Source of the DNA: a virus
Taxonomy: Duplodnaviria > Caudoviricetes
Strand: one strand, 5' to 3'
DNA length: 64,000 bases
Virus record (IMG/VR): IMGVR_UViG_3300024275_000002
Span: 982 to 64,981 of that record
How positions within the stretch are numbered: position 1 is the stretch's first letter; every line of letters begins with the position of its first letter. Made by a program: the position numbers and the translations under genes. The notes beneath the pieces were generated by a model. That model did not search any database, was not told the origin of the DNA, and was given only the letters and a program-made list of their open reading frames with translations. This document shows positions 44,304-55,339 of the stretch, in pieces.

Positions 44304-46352
44304 ATGTCCATTACCACTTACGTCGTCGATCAGGTATTCGGGGACAACGCCTCCGGTGAGCTGCCCCCACCGCCGCAATCGACCGGTGCTGCGAACATCG
44401 TCAACGAAGGCTTCAGCACCGCGCAGCAGTACGCGCAGAACGCGTTCAACACCGCGAGCAGCTTTCTGAGCCAGATTGCCGGCGCGACGACGAAGCTGCA
44501 GACGCTGCCACCTGTCGACGGCACGTTGCCTCCGGTCAGTGACTTCGTGTCCGCGTTCGTGCCGCCGACGCAGCCGGTGCCGCCCACTGGACTGACGATG
44601 AACCTGCCGGCCGCGCCCGGCGCGCCGTCGCTCACGCCCGTGCAGGGTGTCACGGTGGGGCAGGCCCCGCAGTTCACGGCGCAGCCGGCCGCGATCGATC
44701 TGTCGTTCGGGCCGCCCGCCCCGCTCTCGGCCACGGTGCCGACCGCGCCGACGCTGCCGGCCGTGAACGTTCCGACGTCACCCGCGATCGTGCTGCCGGA
44801 TGTGCCGACGTTGCTCGGCATCAATGTGCCGGGTGAGCCGCTGCTCAACCTGCCGACGTTCACCGCTGTGCAGCCGGGCTCGCCGCTTGCTCCTGACTAC
44901 ATCTTCTCGTTCAACGAAAACGCGTTCACCGAGCAGCTGCTGACCGATCTGAAAACGCAGCTCGACGCGTGGGTCAACGGCGCGTCGACGGGGCTCGCGC
45001 CGGCCGTCGAGCAGGCGATTTGGGACCGCGATCGCGCGCGTGAGATGGTTGCGAGCCAGCGCAAGATCAGCGAATCGATGCGCATGTTTGCGCAGCGTGG
45101 CTTCACGAAGCCGCCGGGCGCGCTGAACCTCGACATCCAGCAAGGGCTGCAGGATTCGATGGGCGTGCTGTCGTCCGCCTCGCGCGACATCATGATTAAG
45201 CAGGCTGACCTGGAGCAGTCGAACCGGCGCTTTGCGTTCGAGACGGCGTGGAAGGTCGAGGAAGGGCTGATCCAGTACAACAGCCAGATTGCCGGCCGCG
45301 CGTTCGAAGCGGCGAAGTTCGCGCAGCAAGTGGGCATCGACATCTTCCACGAAGTCGTGGCCCGCTACACGGCGGACATTCAGGCATATCAGGCGAACGT
45401 CGAGGTGTACAAGGCGCAGATTCAGGCCGAGCTGGCGAAGCTCGACGTGTTCAAGGCCGAGATCGAGGCGCAGCGGCTGATCGGCGAGATCAACCAGCAA
45501 TCGGTCGAGATCTACAAGGCGCGCGTCGAGGCGGCGCATACGATCGTTGACATCTTCCGGGCGCAGGTTGAAGCCGCAAATGCCTCGGCAATGGTCAACA
45601 AGACCACGATCGATGCCTTCGCCGCGCAGGTTGGAGCCTATGCCGAACAGGTTCGAGCAAAAGCTTCGGAGTACGAAGCATATGCCACACACGTCAAGGC
45701 CGAGGTCTCGAAGCTGGACGCGTTCACCGCGCAGGCGAGCGCCTACGACAGCCAAGTGCAGGGCTTCAAGGCGACGGTCGACGCGCTGGTGGCCGCGAAA
45801 AACATCGAGATCGACGTCAGCCAGCGGCTGCCGCTTGACGTGTTCAAGTCGCTGACCGATGTGTACCGCGCGCAGGTGGGTGCGGAGACGGAGCGCGTGG
45901 GCGCGCTGGCGCGTGTGTTCGAGACCGAAGGGAATGTCTACAACGCCGAGGTGCAGGGTGAGTCGGCGCGCGTGAACGCGGAAGTGTCCGTGCTGAAGGC
46001 CGACACCGAGCTGGCCGTGGCGACGGGTAATCTGCGCATCGAGGCGGCGAAGGCGAACATTCAGCTGCTGACCGAGCAGGTGCAGCTGCTCGTCGAGTCG
46101 ATCAAGGGTGGTGCTCAGGTCGCAGCGCAGCTCGCCGCGTCGGCGCTCTCCTCGATCAACCTGTCTGGCCAGATCGGCGATCACGTCACGTATGGCGTGG
46201 GCTACAACGTGAACAACTCGTCGCAGGCCAGTGTCAGCAGCTCGATCACGAACAACACGTCGAAGCAGACCAGCGAGTCCGAAACCACGAATACGTCGAC
46301 GCAAACGAGCACGTCCGATGTGACGTCGCACAACTACAACTACACCCCGTAA
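44304..46352 (+). CDS. Virion coiled-coil (ejection/tail) protein
   Basis: Pro-rich N-terminus, long Ala/Gln helical core, Ser/Thr tail. Confidence 0.65.
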   Translation: MSITTYVVDQVFGDNASGELPPPPQSTGAANIVNEGFSTAQQYAQNAFNTASSFLSQIAGATTKLQTLPPVDGTLPPVSDFVSAFVPPTQPVPPTGLTMNLPAAPGAPSLTPVQGVTVGQAPQFTAQPAAIDLSFGPPAPLSATVPTAPTLPAVNVPTSPAIVLPDVPTLLGINVPGEPLLNLPTFTAVQPGSPLAPDYIFSFNENAFTEQLLTDLKTQLDAWVNGASTGLAPAVEQAIWDRDRAREMVASQRKISESMRMFAQRGFTKPPGALNLDIQQGLQDSMGVLSSASRDIMIKQADLEQSNRRFAFETAWKVEEGLIQYNSQIAGRAFEAAKFAQQVGIDIFHEVVARYTADIQAYQANVEVYKAQIQAELAKLDVFKAEIEAQRLIGEINQQSVEIYKARVEAAHTIVDIFRAQVEAANASAMVNKTTIDAFAAQVGAYAEQVRAKASEYEAYATHVKAEVSKLDAFTAQASAYDSQVQGFKATVDALVAAKNIEIDVSQRLPLDVFKSLTDVYRAQVGAETERVGALARVFETEGNVYNAEVQGESARVNAEVSVLKADTELAVATGNLRIEAAKANIQLLTEQVQLLVESIKGGAQVAAQLAASALSSINLSGQIGDHVTYGVGYNVNNSSQASVSSSITNNTSKQTSESETTNTSTQTSTSDVTSHNYNYTP

Positions 46353-46362
46353 GGAGCCGACG

Positions 46363-47445
46363 ATGGCTGGCCCGCTGAATCAGGACGTTCTTAACTCGCT
46401 CGGCAACTTCACGGTGCCGGGCCTCGTGACGCCGAACAACATTCCTGTCGGCAAGCCGTCCGCGCCCGTGCCGGCGACGCCGCCGGTCGGCTCGCTGATC
46501 GATCAGATGCGCGCGAATGGTCAGTTCGCGGGGTACGGCATCCCGGGCGCTCCGGTGCCCGCGCCGGCCGCTGCTGTTCCGGCTGCTTCGGCTGCGCCCG
46601 CCCCGGCTATCGGCCAGCCGCCGGCCGCCCCGCCGATGACGCCCGCGCAGCGGCAAGCGTTCTTGGCCGGAATGCCGGACTACGTGCCGGGGAAAACACA
46701 GGGTGCCGCGCAAGGTGGGCTGCGGCCACCGCTGCCGGATAACATGCTGGGCAACTCGGGCGTGCCCGGATTGCCGCAAGGTCCAGTGCCGGGTGGCCCG
46801 GCCGCAGCGTATTCGCCTGCGGCTGCGAATGCCGCTGGCATGTGGGCGACACCGGTTACGACTTCCGGCGGGGGCGTCGGCGCGCCGAGCGTGAACGGCC
46901 GCTATATCGACCCGACGCAGGCGATCCAGCATGGTTACGACCAGCAGCTGGCATATCAGCAAGCTGCGCTGCAGAACATCATGGCCGCCGCGCGCCAAGG
47001 CAACCCGGATAACTACAGCTTCCGCCTCGCGCACTTGATCGGCGCGATGGGCGCGAACAACTTCGCGGGCATTCAGGGGCAAGGCGTCGACGCACTCAAC
47101 CAGTCGATCGCGGGCGTGTCGGCCGCTGGCATGAACGCGGGCGCGGCGATGTATGGCTCGGATCAGGCATTGAAGGCTCATTTGGCCCAAGTCGGTGAGG
47201 AGCACTATCAATCCTCCACCGGCTCGGTGCAGACCGGCACCACGCTCGTGCCGGACGCCATGACTGGTATCAGCGTGGCAGTGCCGACGTATGGGCAGCG
47301 GCCGGCAGCGGCCGGTGGGATGCCGACGCCGTATCCGACGACGCCGCAGGGTAATCGCCCAGTGGTCGGAGCCACTTATCGTGACCGTAACGGGCAACGT
47401 GCGGTCTATCAGTCGGATGGTACCTACAAGCCGGTAGCCCAATAA
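46363..47445 (+). CDS. Internal virion (ejection) protein, putative
   Basis: Pro/Ala/Gly-rich; ends VGATYRD..G.RAVYQ. Confidence 0.6.
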   Translation: MAGPLNQDVLNSLGNFTVPGLVTPNNIPVGKPSAPVPATPPVGSLIDQMRANGQFAGYGIPGAPVPAPAAAVPAASAAPAPAIGQPPAAPPMTPAQRQAFLAGMPDYVPGKTQGAAQGGLRPPLPDNMLGNSGVPGLPQGPVPGGPAAAYSPAAANAAGMWATPVTTSGGGVGAPSVNGRYIDPTQAIQHGYDQQLAYQQAALQNIMAAARQGNPDNYSFRLAHLIGAMGANNFAGIQGQGVDALNQSIAGVSAAGMNAGAAMYGSDQALKAHLAQVGEEHYQSSTGSVQTGTTLVPDAMTGISVAVPTYGQRPAAAGGMPTPYPTTPQGNRPVVGATYRDRNGQRAVYQSDGTYKPVAQ

Positions 47446-50400
47446 TGGCAGAATTCGACCCGACCTCGGCCTCGCTCGAACCCGGCCAATTCGATCCGTC
47501 CTCGGCGACACTCGAACCGCCGCCCGCGCCACGTGGAGCGCTGGGTGAGATCGCGACCGGAGCCCTGCGCGGGCTCGTCGCTGGCGTTCCTGAAGCGGTC
47601 GGCAAGTCGTCGCAGTTCCTCGGCAACATGATCGGTTCGCAGGGGATGGTGACGGAAGGCCAGACGATGCGCGGCGCGGCCGATATCCTTCGGCAGAAGT
47701 CGTGGCTCGCCCCGCAGACGGCTGAGCACGGTGGGTTCACGAACACGGTTGCGCAGGCGGCCGAAGGCATCGGTAGCTTCCTGCCGACGATCGCGGCCGG
47801 CGCGGTGAACCCGCTGGTGGGCCTCGGCCTCGGCGCGGCGCAGATGGCGGGCACGGCCGGCGAGGAAAAGCTGGAACAGGCGCGGGCTAAGGGCATGTCG
47901 CCGGAAGCGGCGCGCTCGAACGCACTCACCGACGCCGGTATCGCTGGCTTGGCCGGGCTCGCCGGAGGCGCGCTGGGCGGCAAGATGATGGGCATGTTTG
48001 GCTCGCTGGCGGGCCGCGTGGTGGGCCAGGACGGCTCCGCGCTCGCGGCTGATGTGCTGGGTAAGCTGAGCGGTCAGCAGGGCACCCTGATGCCGTTCCT
48101 CAAGACGCTGCCGAAGTTCGCGGCCGAAGGCACGGGCGTCATGGTCGGGCAGGCCGGCCTGCAGGGGGCGGTCGATCAAGCGTACGGCAGCGACGATGCC
48201 GGCCCGCTCGAAGCGATGAAGAATGCGTTCCTGCCGTCGCTCGCGACGATGGGACTGCTCGCCCCGCTCGGCCTCGCCGCATACGCGAAGTCGGTGGGTA
48301 TGGCGAAGTCGTCGGCCAACATGCTGTCGGCGGCCGAGACCGATCCGGTGCTGCGGCAAAAGCTCGCGGCCCAATACGCGGGCGAGCTTGGGAAGGTGAA
48401 CCCGGACGCGGCGACAGCGTTCATGTCGAATGCCGCGACGGCGATCGGCAACAAGCTGCCGATGGCGATCGACCCGAAGCTGTTCAGCCCGGGCACGATC
48501 ACCGTACCGCAACCCGAAGCGCCGCCCCAGCAGCCGCTGGCGCTGGGTGCACCGCAGATGCGTGTTGGCGAGCCGACGTTGCCCTCCTACTCATTCCCGG
48601 ACGGCAGCTCGACGAACGACGTCAATCAGGTCTACGCGTACCTCAACGGTCTGCCGCCCGAACAGCGCGCCGCTGCGCGCGCATCGATCTTCGGGTTCGA
48701 GGCACAGCCGACCACGTTCGACGCCGCGACGATGCCGCCCGCGCCGGAGCCGCCGGGCAACGCATTGCTGCCGAGTGCGACACCGCTGCTGCCGGCTCCT
48801 GAGCGGGCCACGCGCGGCGATGGGACGGTGTACGTCAACGAGCGCGGCGAAGCGGTCGCCGGCAAGTCGGGCGCGTTTCAGTTCCCGGACGGCACCAGCA
48901 CGGACGATCCGGTGCAGGTGTCGAAGTATGTCGACTCGCTGCCGGAAGATCAGCGCGCGCTCGCGTGGGCGAAGATCGTCGGATCGCCGGAGGCTGCGGC
49001 GCGCCCCACGGCACTCGTGCCGACCAACACGATCGAGGTGAACCGCGAAGGCACCGCGATGACGCCGGCCGAGCGCGAAGCGTACGCGCGCATGTCGCCG
49101 GTCGAGCAAGCTGCCGTGTCGCCCGAGGCGCAGCAGATGCACGCGCAGATCAAGGACGAGCTGACGGCTGCCGGCCAAACGCCGGCCGAGCCGATGTCGC
49201 GCGCGGAGTTCAACAAGTCGGAGCTGGCAGCAGGGCTGAAGGGACAAGCGCTCGCGAAGGCGTACAGCGACTATCTGAAGTCGCCGAGCACCGCCGCCGA
49301 GCTGATGCGCGAGGATGCCGAGGCGTACACCGCGTTGAAGGAAACCCAAGCGCCCGAGGCAACGCCGGCAGCCGAGGTGCCGCTGGAAGCGCCGGAGCCG
49401 CGCCTGAACACGCAGCTCTCCGACGCGCTCGAAACGGCGCGCAAGGAAAGCGACGTCGAGGCCGCACACGCGCAGCTCGACACGGCGAAGGCGGCCGAGA
49501 CGGAAGCGCTGGCCAATCGTGCTGCAGGCGAGCGCGAAGCCGCCGCTGCCGCAGCTGGCGAGATCAAGCCGGACCTGAACGCGCCGAAGCAAGCCGACGA
49601 GATCCATAGCGATGTCGCCGCCGTGAACGAGGCGAACGGGTTCGATACGCGTGCGCAGTCGATGGTGCCGTTCATGAAGCGCCTGGATGCGCTCGGCCTC
49701 GATAAGCTGCCCGATCACGATGCGCAGATCGCGAAGCTGCAGGAGGTGCTGTCCGATCGTTCGGTGAAGATGTCCGACGTGATGCGCGACCGCATGCAGG
49801 CCACGCTCGATGCGTGGAAGGCCGAGCGCACGCCGGAACCTGCCGCACCTGAAGCCGCAGCGCCGGCCCAGCCGGCACCGGTCGTGAAAGCGAACGGCAC
49901 GGAAGTCGCCGCTGCAAAGCCGAGCGAAACCGCCGGCACGCCCGTGCAGAAGATCGACGAGATGGGGCACGTCGCCTTGCTCGCGGAAGCGCGCAACACG
50001 TATCAGGCGCTCAAGACGGCAAACGAGAAGCTGATCGCGCGCTGGCAGGAAACCGGCCAGAAGCTCACGCCGGCCGATCAGCGCCGCTGGAACGACGTGC
50101 GCTCGAAGCTGCAGCTGTTCAGCGACATGACCGGCGAGAACCACGCAAATTACGGCGACGACTTCGTGCGTGGTGAGCTGCGCAACGCCGACAAGGTGCT
50201 GACGGGCGATTACTCGAATGGGCGCGGCCCGCTCGCGCTGGTCGCCTCGAAGAACATGGACGAGGTGAACCCGTCGCTGTTCGCGAATTCGAATCGGCTC
50301 GTCGACACGCTGGCCAACATCCGCGACTACGGCTCGACGCCGGCCGCCCGCGCGATGGCTCGGCAGCTGATGCCGCTGGTCGGCGACACGAAGCTGGAGC

Positions 50401-53400
50401 ACGGCTGGGCACCACCGCCCGAGAGCCCGCTGATGCGTGGTCAGTTCGACCCGATGAAAAAGCTCGTCAGCATCTTTCAGGGCGGCGAGACCGAGCACGC
50501 GATCCTGCACGAGTCCAGCCACGCCGCGCTGGAAGCTGCGATCTACCGCGCGCAGTCCACGCGTGCGTTGACGCAGCGCGACGTGCAGATGAAGCGCGGG
50601 GTAGCCGATCTCGAAGTGATCCGGCAGGAGGCAATGCGCGGTATCGGGCAGGCGGATCAGTACGGTCTGTCGGACGTGCACGAGTTCGTCGCGGAGCTGG
50701 ACAGCAACCCGCTGTTCCAGCAATGGCTGAAGGGGCTCGGCGAGAACAAATCGCTGTGGGATCGCGTGGTCGACACGGTGCGCAAGATCTTCGGCATGTC
50801 GGTCGACCACCGCGACATGCTCGAAAAGGCGCTTGAAGCCCGTGACACGCTGTTCAACATGGTCCGCGATCAGCACGAGTTCTACAACTCGCCGGAAGGC
50901 GCTGGTTACGTGATGGACCGCACCGCGCACGCGCTGGTCGAGAAAGGCGATGAGCTGACGAAGGTGGTGAGCCTGGACAAGGCGAACCGCACCGTGGCGC
51001 GCACGATGCTGCCGACCGTCACGCTGCACTACATCGCCGACCGCATGCGCGCGATTCCCGAGATCGTGCAGTCTGGCTTCAGCCGTGGGCTCGACGCGAT
51101 GAGCCGTGCGTATGACAGCCGCGACCTCGTGGCCAAGCGCATCGAGGAAACGAACGGTGCGTATGTGAACAGCGTGCGCCAGATCATCAACAAGCTGCCA
51201 GCGGAAAAGCAGTCGGCCATGCAGATGCAGATGATGAAGCTGGGCGGCGAAGCGGCGATCGGCCAGTTCGATTACAAGCTCAACTACGCGGAGAACAAGA
51301 AGCTGTACCCGGACCTGAGCGATCAGAACAAGGGCTTCATCGACGGCATTCACCGCGAATTCAAGCAGCTTCAGGCGTCGAACCCGGAGCTGGCGAACTC
51401 ACTCGTGCGTGGTGAGCAGCTGAACCGCAAGATGCTGGTGAACCAGTTCTCGACGATGGTGCGGCTCGCACTCGAAACGCAGGCTGGTGTCACCGGCCGG
51501 CTGGAGGCCGAGCTGTCGCGCATGGCTCCGGAAGATGCCGCACGCGCGCGGTTCGAGCAGCGCGTGGCGAACGCGCGTATCGACAGCCAGCTCGCAGCGA
51601 AGCATGCGCAAGGGCTGGATTTCATGGCGAAGGATCTGGACGCCGTGAAGAACCCCGACGAGAAGCGGTACGTCGACGGCGCGTCGGCCATGCTCGCCAC
51701 GCGCTTGAATGCCGCGTTCATCGATGCGCGGGCGTTGCCGCAGGGTTCGAATCTGCGGCAGGTCATGGCGGATCTGGAGGAGGCGTACCGTCCGCAGGAG
51801 CGCTCGCCCTACTTTTCGCTCGGCCGCAATGGCAACTTCTTCGTGAATGCCGCGTTCCGCAACATGGACGCGGCGGCCCACGCCAAGGTGCAGGACGCGC
51901 TGCGCGGCACGAACAAGATCGTCGGCGATCTCACGGGCGACGGGCACGCCTTCTTCCGCTTCAAGACCGAGGATGAGGCGAACGGCATCTACACGCGCCT
52001 GAAGTCCGCGCTCGGCGACAAGATCGATCTGTCGCGCTCGGGCTGGGGGCCGCTGGCCGAAGATCACATGACCAGCGTGTCGGGCGTGACGCCCGCGCTG
52101 CGGCAGATGCTGGCGGACATCCACGACGAGTATGAAGCCCAGCGTGCGGCCGGCGGCATGAGTGCCGAGCAGGCAGCGCAGTACAAGGCGATCGCGACGC
52201 GCTCGCTGATGTCGCTGCTGCCCGAGACGGCCGCGCGTAGCGCGAAGATGGAGCGGCGTGGCGTGGCGGGTTACGACGGCGACTTCACCGGCAACTTCGC
52301 GCGGCGCGCCTCGGGCGCGGTGCAGGATCTCTCGAACATCTACACCGCCCGCACGTTCACCGACGCGCAGAAGCAGATGAAGGACGCGCTCGGCCAGATG
52401 AACGTCAGCGGCAGCGCCGATGCGAAGATCCGTGCGGCCGACGCCTACGGCGAGGTGATGAAGCGCTACGCGAACAGCATGACGCGGCTGGACAATAGCG
52501 CGATCAATCAGGCTGCGTCGCTCGGCCACAGCTACTACCTCGCCGGCAACATCGCCTACATTATCCGCACGATGGCCCAGCCGTGGCATCGTGGCTTGCC
52601 GCACATCGGCAGCAAGTTCGGCTACATGAACGCGGTGCAGGAGCTGCCGAAGGCGACGGCCACGGCGCTGCAGCTCATCAAGAACACAATCGCGGCTGGC
52701 TATCAGGCGGGCGGCGGCCGTGGCGTGCTCGATGCGAACATGGTCTTTAAGGACATGGGCCTCAAGCCGAACGAAGAACAGTTCATGCAGGAGATGCACG
52801 ACCTCGGCAAGTTCGATCTCGGCCAGTCGCGCCAGCTCGCGCAGCTCGCGGTCGGCGGCAGCCAAGGGCGGCAGGATCTGATCCGTATCGCCTCGATGTT
52901 CCCGCAGTACACCGAGATGGCGAACCGTGTTATCTCGGGGCTGGCCACGTACCGGCTCGCGATGCGCGAGCTGCCGAAGCGCCCGGGCAACGAAGGGCTG
53001 TCGGCCGACCAGCTGCACGCTATGGCGAGTGACACGGCGCGGCGCGCGGTCGAGTACGTCATGGACGACTTCAGCCCGTCGAACACGGCGCGCATCCTGT
53101 CCAAGCACGGCCCGCTCGGCGCGACCGCCCCACTGCTGACGATGTTCCAGAACTTCAACTTCCAGACCACGCAGCAGATTGCGCGCACGATCCACGACGG
53201 CTATTTCAGCGGCGAGGCGCAGAAGTACCTGCAGGCGGCCGGCGACCAGAAGGGTCTGGCCGAGGTGCAGCAGCGCTCGCGCGAGGCCAGGAGCGAGTTC
53301 AAGGCGCTGCTGGCGACGACCAGCGTGATCGCGGGCGTCATGGGGCTGCCGTTCGCAAATGCGATCGCGGGCGCGTACAACCTCGTGACGAGCGACCGCG

Positions 53401-54182
53401 ACGCTCCGAGCGACATCCGCATCAGCGCGCGGAACGGCTTGGCACGCCTGCTCGGGCAGCCGATGGGCGATGTGATCTCGCACGGCGTGGGCAGCCTCGT
53501 CAATGTCGACACGTCGAACTTCGGGCTGGAGAACCTGCTGCCGGGCTCGGAGTTTCTGGCCGATCGCCGCAGCTTCCAGGACCGCATCGAGTCGCAGTCG
53601 CAGCAGCTGCTCGGGCCGGCCGTCAACGCCGCGATCGACGTGGGCACCGCGTTCCATAAGATCAGCCAAGGCTATGTCGTCAAGGGCATCGAGTCGCTGC
53701 TTCCGCCCGCACTCAAGTCGCCGTTCAAGGCGGCCGAGCTGGCGGGCGTGGTCGGGCCCGGTGGTTACACGGACACGAAGGGCAACCGCTATCCGATGCA
53801 GCAGCAACCGAATGCGTGGAACATCCTCGCGCAGGCGGTCGGATTCCGGTCGGCGGATCTCGCCTCGCATAGCGAGCTGCAGCAGGATCTGTCGACGAAC
53901 AAGCAGCTGCGGGCGGAACGTCGTGGCGTGATCGCTGACGAGTTCTACAAGGCGGTTCAGCCGGGCGCGTCGCCGGACGACGTGAAGGTCGCGGTCGCCG
54001 ACATGCAGGCATACAACGCGAAGAACCGCACCGAGCCGATGCTCGGCATTCAGCAGTTGCTGCGCTCGCGGATGCAAGAATTCGCGATTGGCCGCAGCCT
54101 TGGCGTTGGCGTGCCGGTCGGAAAGCGCGAAGTTCCGTATGTGAGGCAGGAGGGGTATTTCGCCATGCCCGAGCGAAAGTGA
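47445..54182 (+). CDS. Giant internal virion/ejection protein with zincin-like HExxH motif
   Basis: 2245 aa; hydrophobic Gly/Ala helices at the N-terminus; LHESSH...HEFVAE; helical C-terminus. Confidence 0.75.
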   Translation: MAEFDPTSASLEPGQFDPSSATLEPPPAPRGALGEIATGALRGLVAGVPEAVGKSSQFLGNMIGSQGMVTEGQTMRGAADILRQKSWLAPQTAEHGGFTNTVAQAAEGIGSFLPTIAAGAVNPLVGLGLGAAQMAGTAGEEKLEQARAKGMSPEAARSNALTDAGIAGLAGLAGGALGGKMMGMFGSLAGRVVGQDGSALAADVLGKLSGQQGTLMPFLKTLPKFAAEGTGVMVGQAGLQGAVDQAYGSDDAGPLEAMKNAFLPSLATMGLLAPLGLAAYAKSVGMAKSSANMLSAAETDPVLRQKLAAQYAGELGKVNPDAATAFMSNAATAIGNKLPMAIDPKLFSPGTITVPQPEAPPQQPLALGAPQMRVGEPTLPSYSFPDGSSTNDVNQVYAYLNGLPPEQRAAARASIFGFEAQPTTFDAATMPPAPEPPGNALLPSATPLLPAPERATRGDGTVYVNERGEAVAGKSGAFQFPDGTSTDDPVQVSKYVDSLPEDQRALAWAKIVGSPEAAARPTALVPTNTIEVNREGTAMTPAEREAYARMSPVEQAAVSPEAQQMHAQIKDELTAAGQTPAEPMSRAEFNKSELAAGLKGQALAKAYSDYLKSPSTAAELMREDAEAYTALKETQAPEATPAAEVPLEAPEPRLNTQLSDALETARKESDVEAAHAQLDTAKAAETEALANRAAGEREAAAAAAGEIKPDLNAPKQADEIHSDVAAVNEANGFDTRAQSMVPFMKRLDALGLDKLPDHDAQIAKLQEVLSDRSVKMSDVMRDRMQATLDAWKAERTPEPAAPEAAAPAQPAPVVKANGTEVAAAKPSETAGTPVQKIDEMGHVALLAEARNTYQALKTANEKLIARWQETGQKLTPADQRRWNDVRSKLQLFSDMTGENHANYGDDFVRGELRNADKVLTGDYSNGRGPLALVASKNMDEVNPSLFANSNRLVDTLANIRDYGSTPAARAMARQLMPLVGDTKLEHGWAPPPESPLMRGQFDPMKKLVSIFQGGETEHAILHESSHAALEAAIYRAQSTRALTQRDVQMKRGVADLEVIRQEAMRGIGQADQYGLSDVHEFVAELDSNPLFQQWLKGLGENKSLWDRVVDTVRKIFGMSVDHRDMLEKALEARDTLFNMVRDQHEFYNSPEGAGYVMDRTAHALVEKGDELTKVVSLDKANRTVARTMLPTVTLHYIADRMRAIPEIVQSGFSRGLDAMSRAYDSRDLVAKRIEETNGAYVNSVRQIINKLPAEKQSAMQMQMMKLGGEAAIGQFDYKLNYAENKKLYPDLSDQNKGFIDGIHREFKQLQASNPELANSLVRGEQLNRKMLVNQFSTMVRLALETQAGVTGRLEAELSRMAPEDAARARFEQRVANARIDSQLAAKHAQGLDFMAKDLDAVKNPDEKRYVDGASAMLATRLNAAFIDARALPQGSNLRQVMADLEEAYRPQERSPYFSLGRNGNFFVNAAFRNMDAAAHAKVQDALRGTNKIVGDLTGDGHAFFRFKTEDEANGIYTRLKSALGDKIDLSRSGWGPLAEDHMTSVSGVTPALRQMLADIHDEYEAQRAAGGMSAEQAAQYKAIATRSLMSLLPETAARSAKMERRGVAGYDGDFTGNFARRASGAVQDLSNIYTARTFTDAQKQMKDALGQMNVSGSADAKIRAADAYGEVMKRYANSMTRLDNSAINQAASLGHSYYLAGNIAYIIRTMAQPWHRGLPHIGSKFGYMNAVQELPKATATALQLIKNTIAAGYQAGGGRGVLDANMVFKDMGLKPNEEQFMQEMHDLGKFDLGQSRQLAQLAVGGSQGRQDLIRIASMFPQYTEMANRVISGLATYRLAMRELPKRPGNEGLSADQLHAMASDTARRAVEYVMDDFSPSNTARILSKHGPLGATAPLLTMFQNFNFQTTQQIARTIHDGYFSGEAQKYLQAAGDQKGLAEVQQRSREARSEFKALLATTSVIAGVMGLPFANAIAGAYNLVTSDRDAPSDIRISARNGLARLLGQPMGDVISHGVGSLVNVDTSNFGLENLLPGSEFLADRRSFQDRIESQSQQLLGPAVNAAIDVGTAFHKISQGYVVKGIESLLPPALKSPFKAAELAGVVGPGGYTDTKGNRYPMQQQPNAWNILAQAVGFRSADLASHSELQQDLSTNKQLRAERRGVIADEFYKAVQPGASPDDVKVAVADMQAYNAKNRTEPMLGIQQLLRSRMQEFAIGRSLGVGVPVGKREVPYVRQEGYFAMPERK

Positions 54183-54231
54183 CGGTTATAATGCGCACAT
54201 TTGTTGGAAGTCCTAATGATTGGGGGCGGCG

Positions 54232-54819
54232 ATGACGTGCTGCAACACACAGGATTTTTGCGTTGCTGCGGGTGAAACCTTCCACCCCACGATCCGCTGG
54301 TCGACCGACACGTACACGAGCGTGCCGATCACGGCGATTACGCAGGCAGCGCCGGCCGCGATCACGGCCATGAACCATGGCTTGCCCGATGGCTGGCCGT
54401 GCGCGGTGGTGGGCGCTGGGGGCATGAACCAGATCAACGCGCAGCACTACCCGCCGGCCGCAGCAGACTGGCAGAAAGGCACCGTCGTCGATTCGAACAC
54501 GGTGGCGCTGGGCAACGTGAGCAGCGCGCTGTACTCGCCGTACACAAACGGTGGCTTTCTCGTCTACGGCAAGCCGGGTGTGCTGGCCGGTGCCGTGGTG
54601 ACGCTGACGATTTGGGACGGCCCGAACAGCCCGAATGCGCCGCTCGTCGCGCTGTCGAGTTCGGGCGGTGGCATCGCGATCGACATGAACCTGATGACGA
54701 TCACGCCGACGCTTCAGACGGCCGCCCTTGCGTGGAAAACCGGCTTCTACCGGCTGGACGTGACGGACGCCAGCGGGACTGTGACGCAGCTTTCGAGCGG
54801 CACCATCACCATCGATTAA
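54232..54819 (+). CDS. Virion structural protein
   Basis: ITAITQAAPAAITA..HGL tail-associated motif; TATAAT at 54188. Confidence 0.6.
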   Translation: MTCCNTQDFCVAAGETFHPTIRWSTDTYTSVPITAITQAAPAAITAMNHGLPDGWPCAVVGAGGMNQINAQHYPPAAADWQKGTVVDSNTVALGNVSSALYSPYTNGGFLVYGKPGVLAGAVVTLTIWDGPNSPNAPLVALSSSGGGIAIDMNLMTITPTLQTAALAWKTGFYRLDVTDASGTVTQLSSGTITID

Positions 54820-54829
54820 GGGGAAAGTC

Positions 54830-55108
54830 ATGTATCCAGTCACGCAAGTCGGGCCGTCCGCTACGGTCGGCGCAGCGAGCGCGGTCGCGGCGACGGTCAA
54901 CGGCGCGTCGTATGTGCTGGTGAGCAACACCGGCAGCACGTCGGCCTGGAGCGATTTCGCGTTCGCGCGGACTGCGGCCGTGCCGGCGACGCCGCTGATC
55001 CCGGTGCCCCCGGGCGGCCAGATTCTCGTGCGCCAGACCGGCAACGATGGCTACTGGGCGTCGTCGATCGGCGGCATCACCGTGACACCCGTCGAGCGAG
55101 GTGCGTGA
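54830..55108 (+). CDS. Small structural protein
   Basis: YVLVSNTGS...P.PPG. Confidence 0.55.
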   Translation: MYPVTQVGPSATVGAASAVAATVNGASYVLVSNTGSTSAWSDFAFARTAAVPATPLIPVPPGGQILVRQTGNDGYWASSIGGITVTPVERGA

Positions 55109-55329
55109 TGAAGCTGGATGCGAGCGCGCGCAAGAAGATCTCGGGCGACAAGTTCGCTGGTCCGGGCCGCACCTACCCGGTCGAGGACAAGGCGCATGCG
55201 GCGAACGCGAAGTCGCGCGCGAGCGCGGCCGAACATGCTGGGCGCATGTCGAAGTCCGAGGAAAAGCGCATCGATGCCAAGGCCGACCGTGTGCTCGGTG
55301 GCAAGGGCATGGTCAAGAAGCCGGGTTAA
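55108..55329 (+). CDS. Small basic protein (DUF6582-like)
   Basis: KFAGPGRTYPVEDKAHAANA. Confidence 0.55.
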   Translation: MKLDASARKKISGDKFAGPGRTYPVEDKAHAANAKSRASAAEHAGRMSKSEEKRIDAKADRVLGGKGMVKKPG

Positions 55330-55339
55330 GGAGACGGGA

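Noticed and set aside
36945-54182. Classification as a true N4-like phage
   Set aside because: The capsid is N4-gp56 family, but no virion RNA polymerase motifs were recognised in the giant protein and no RNAP genes are present
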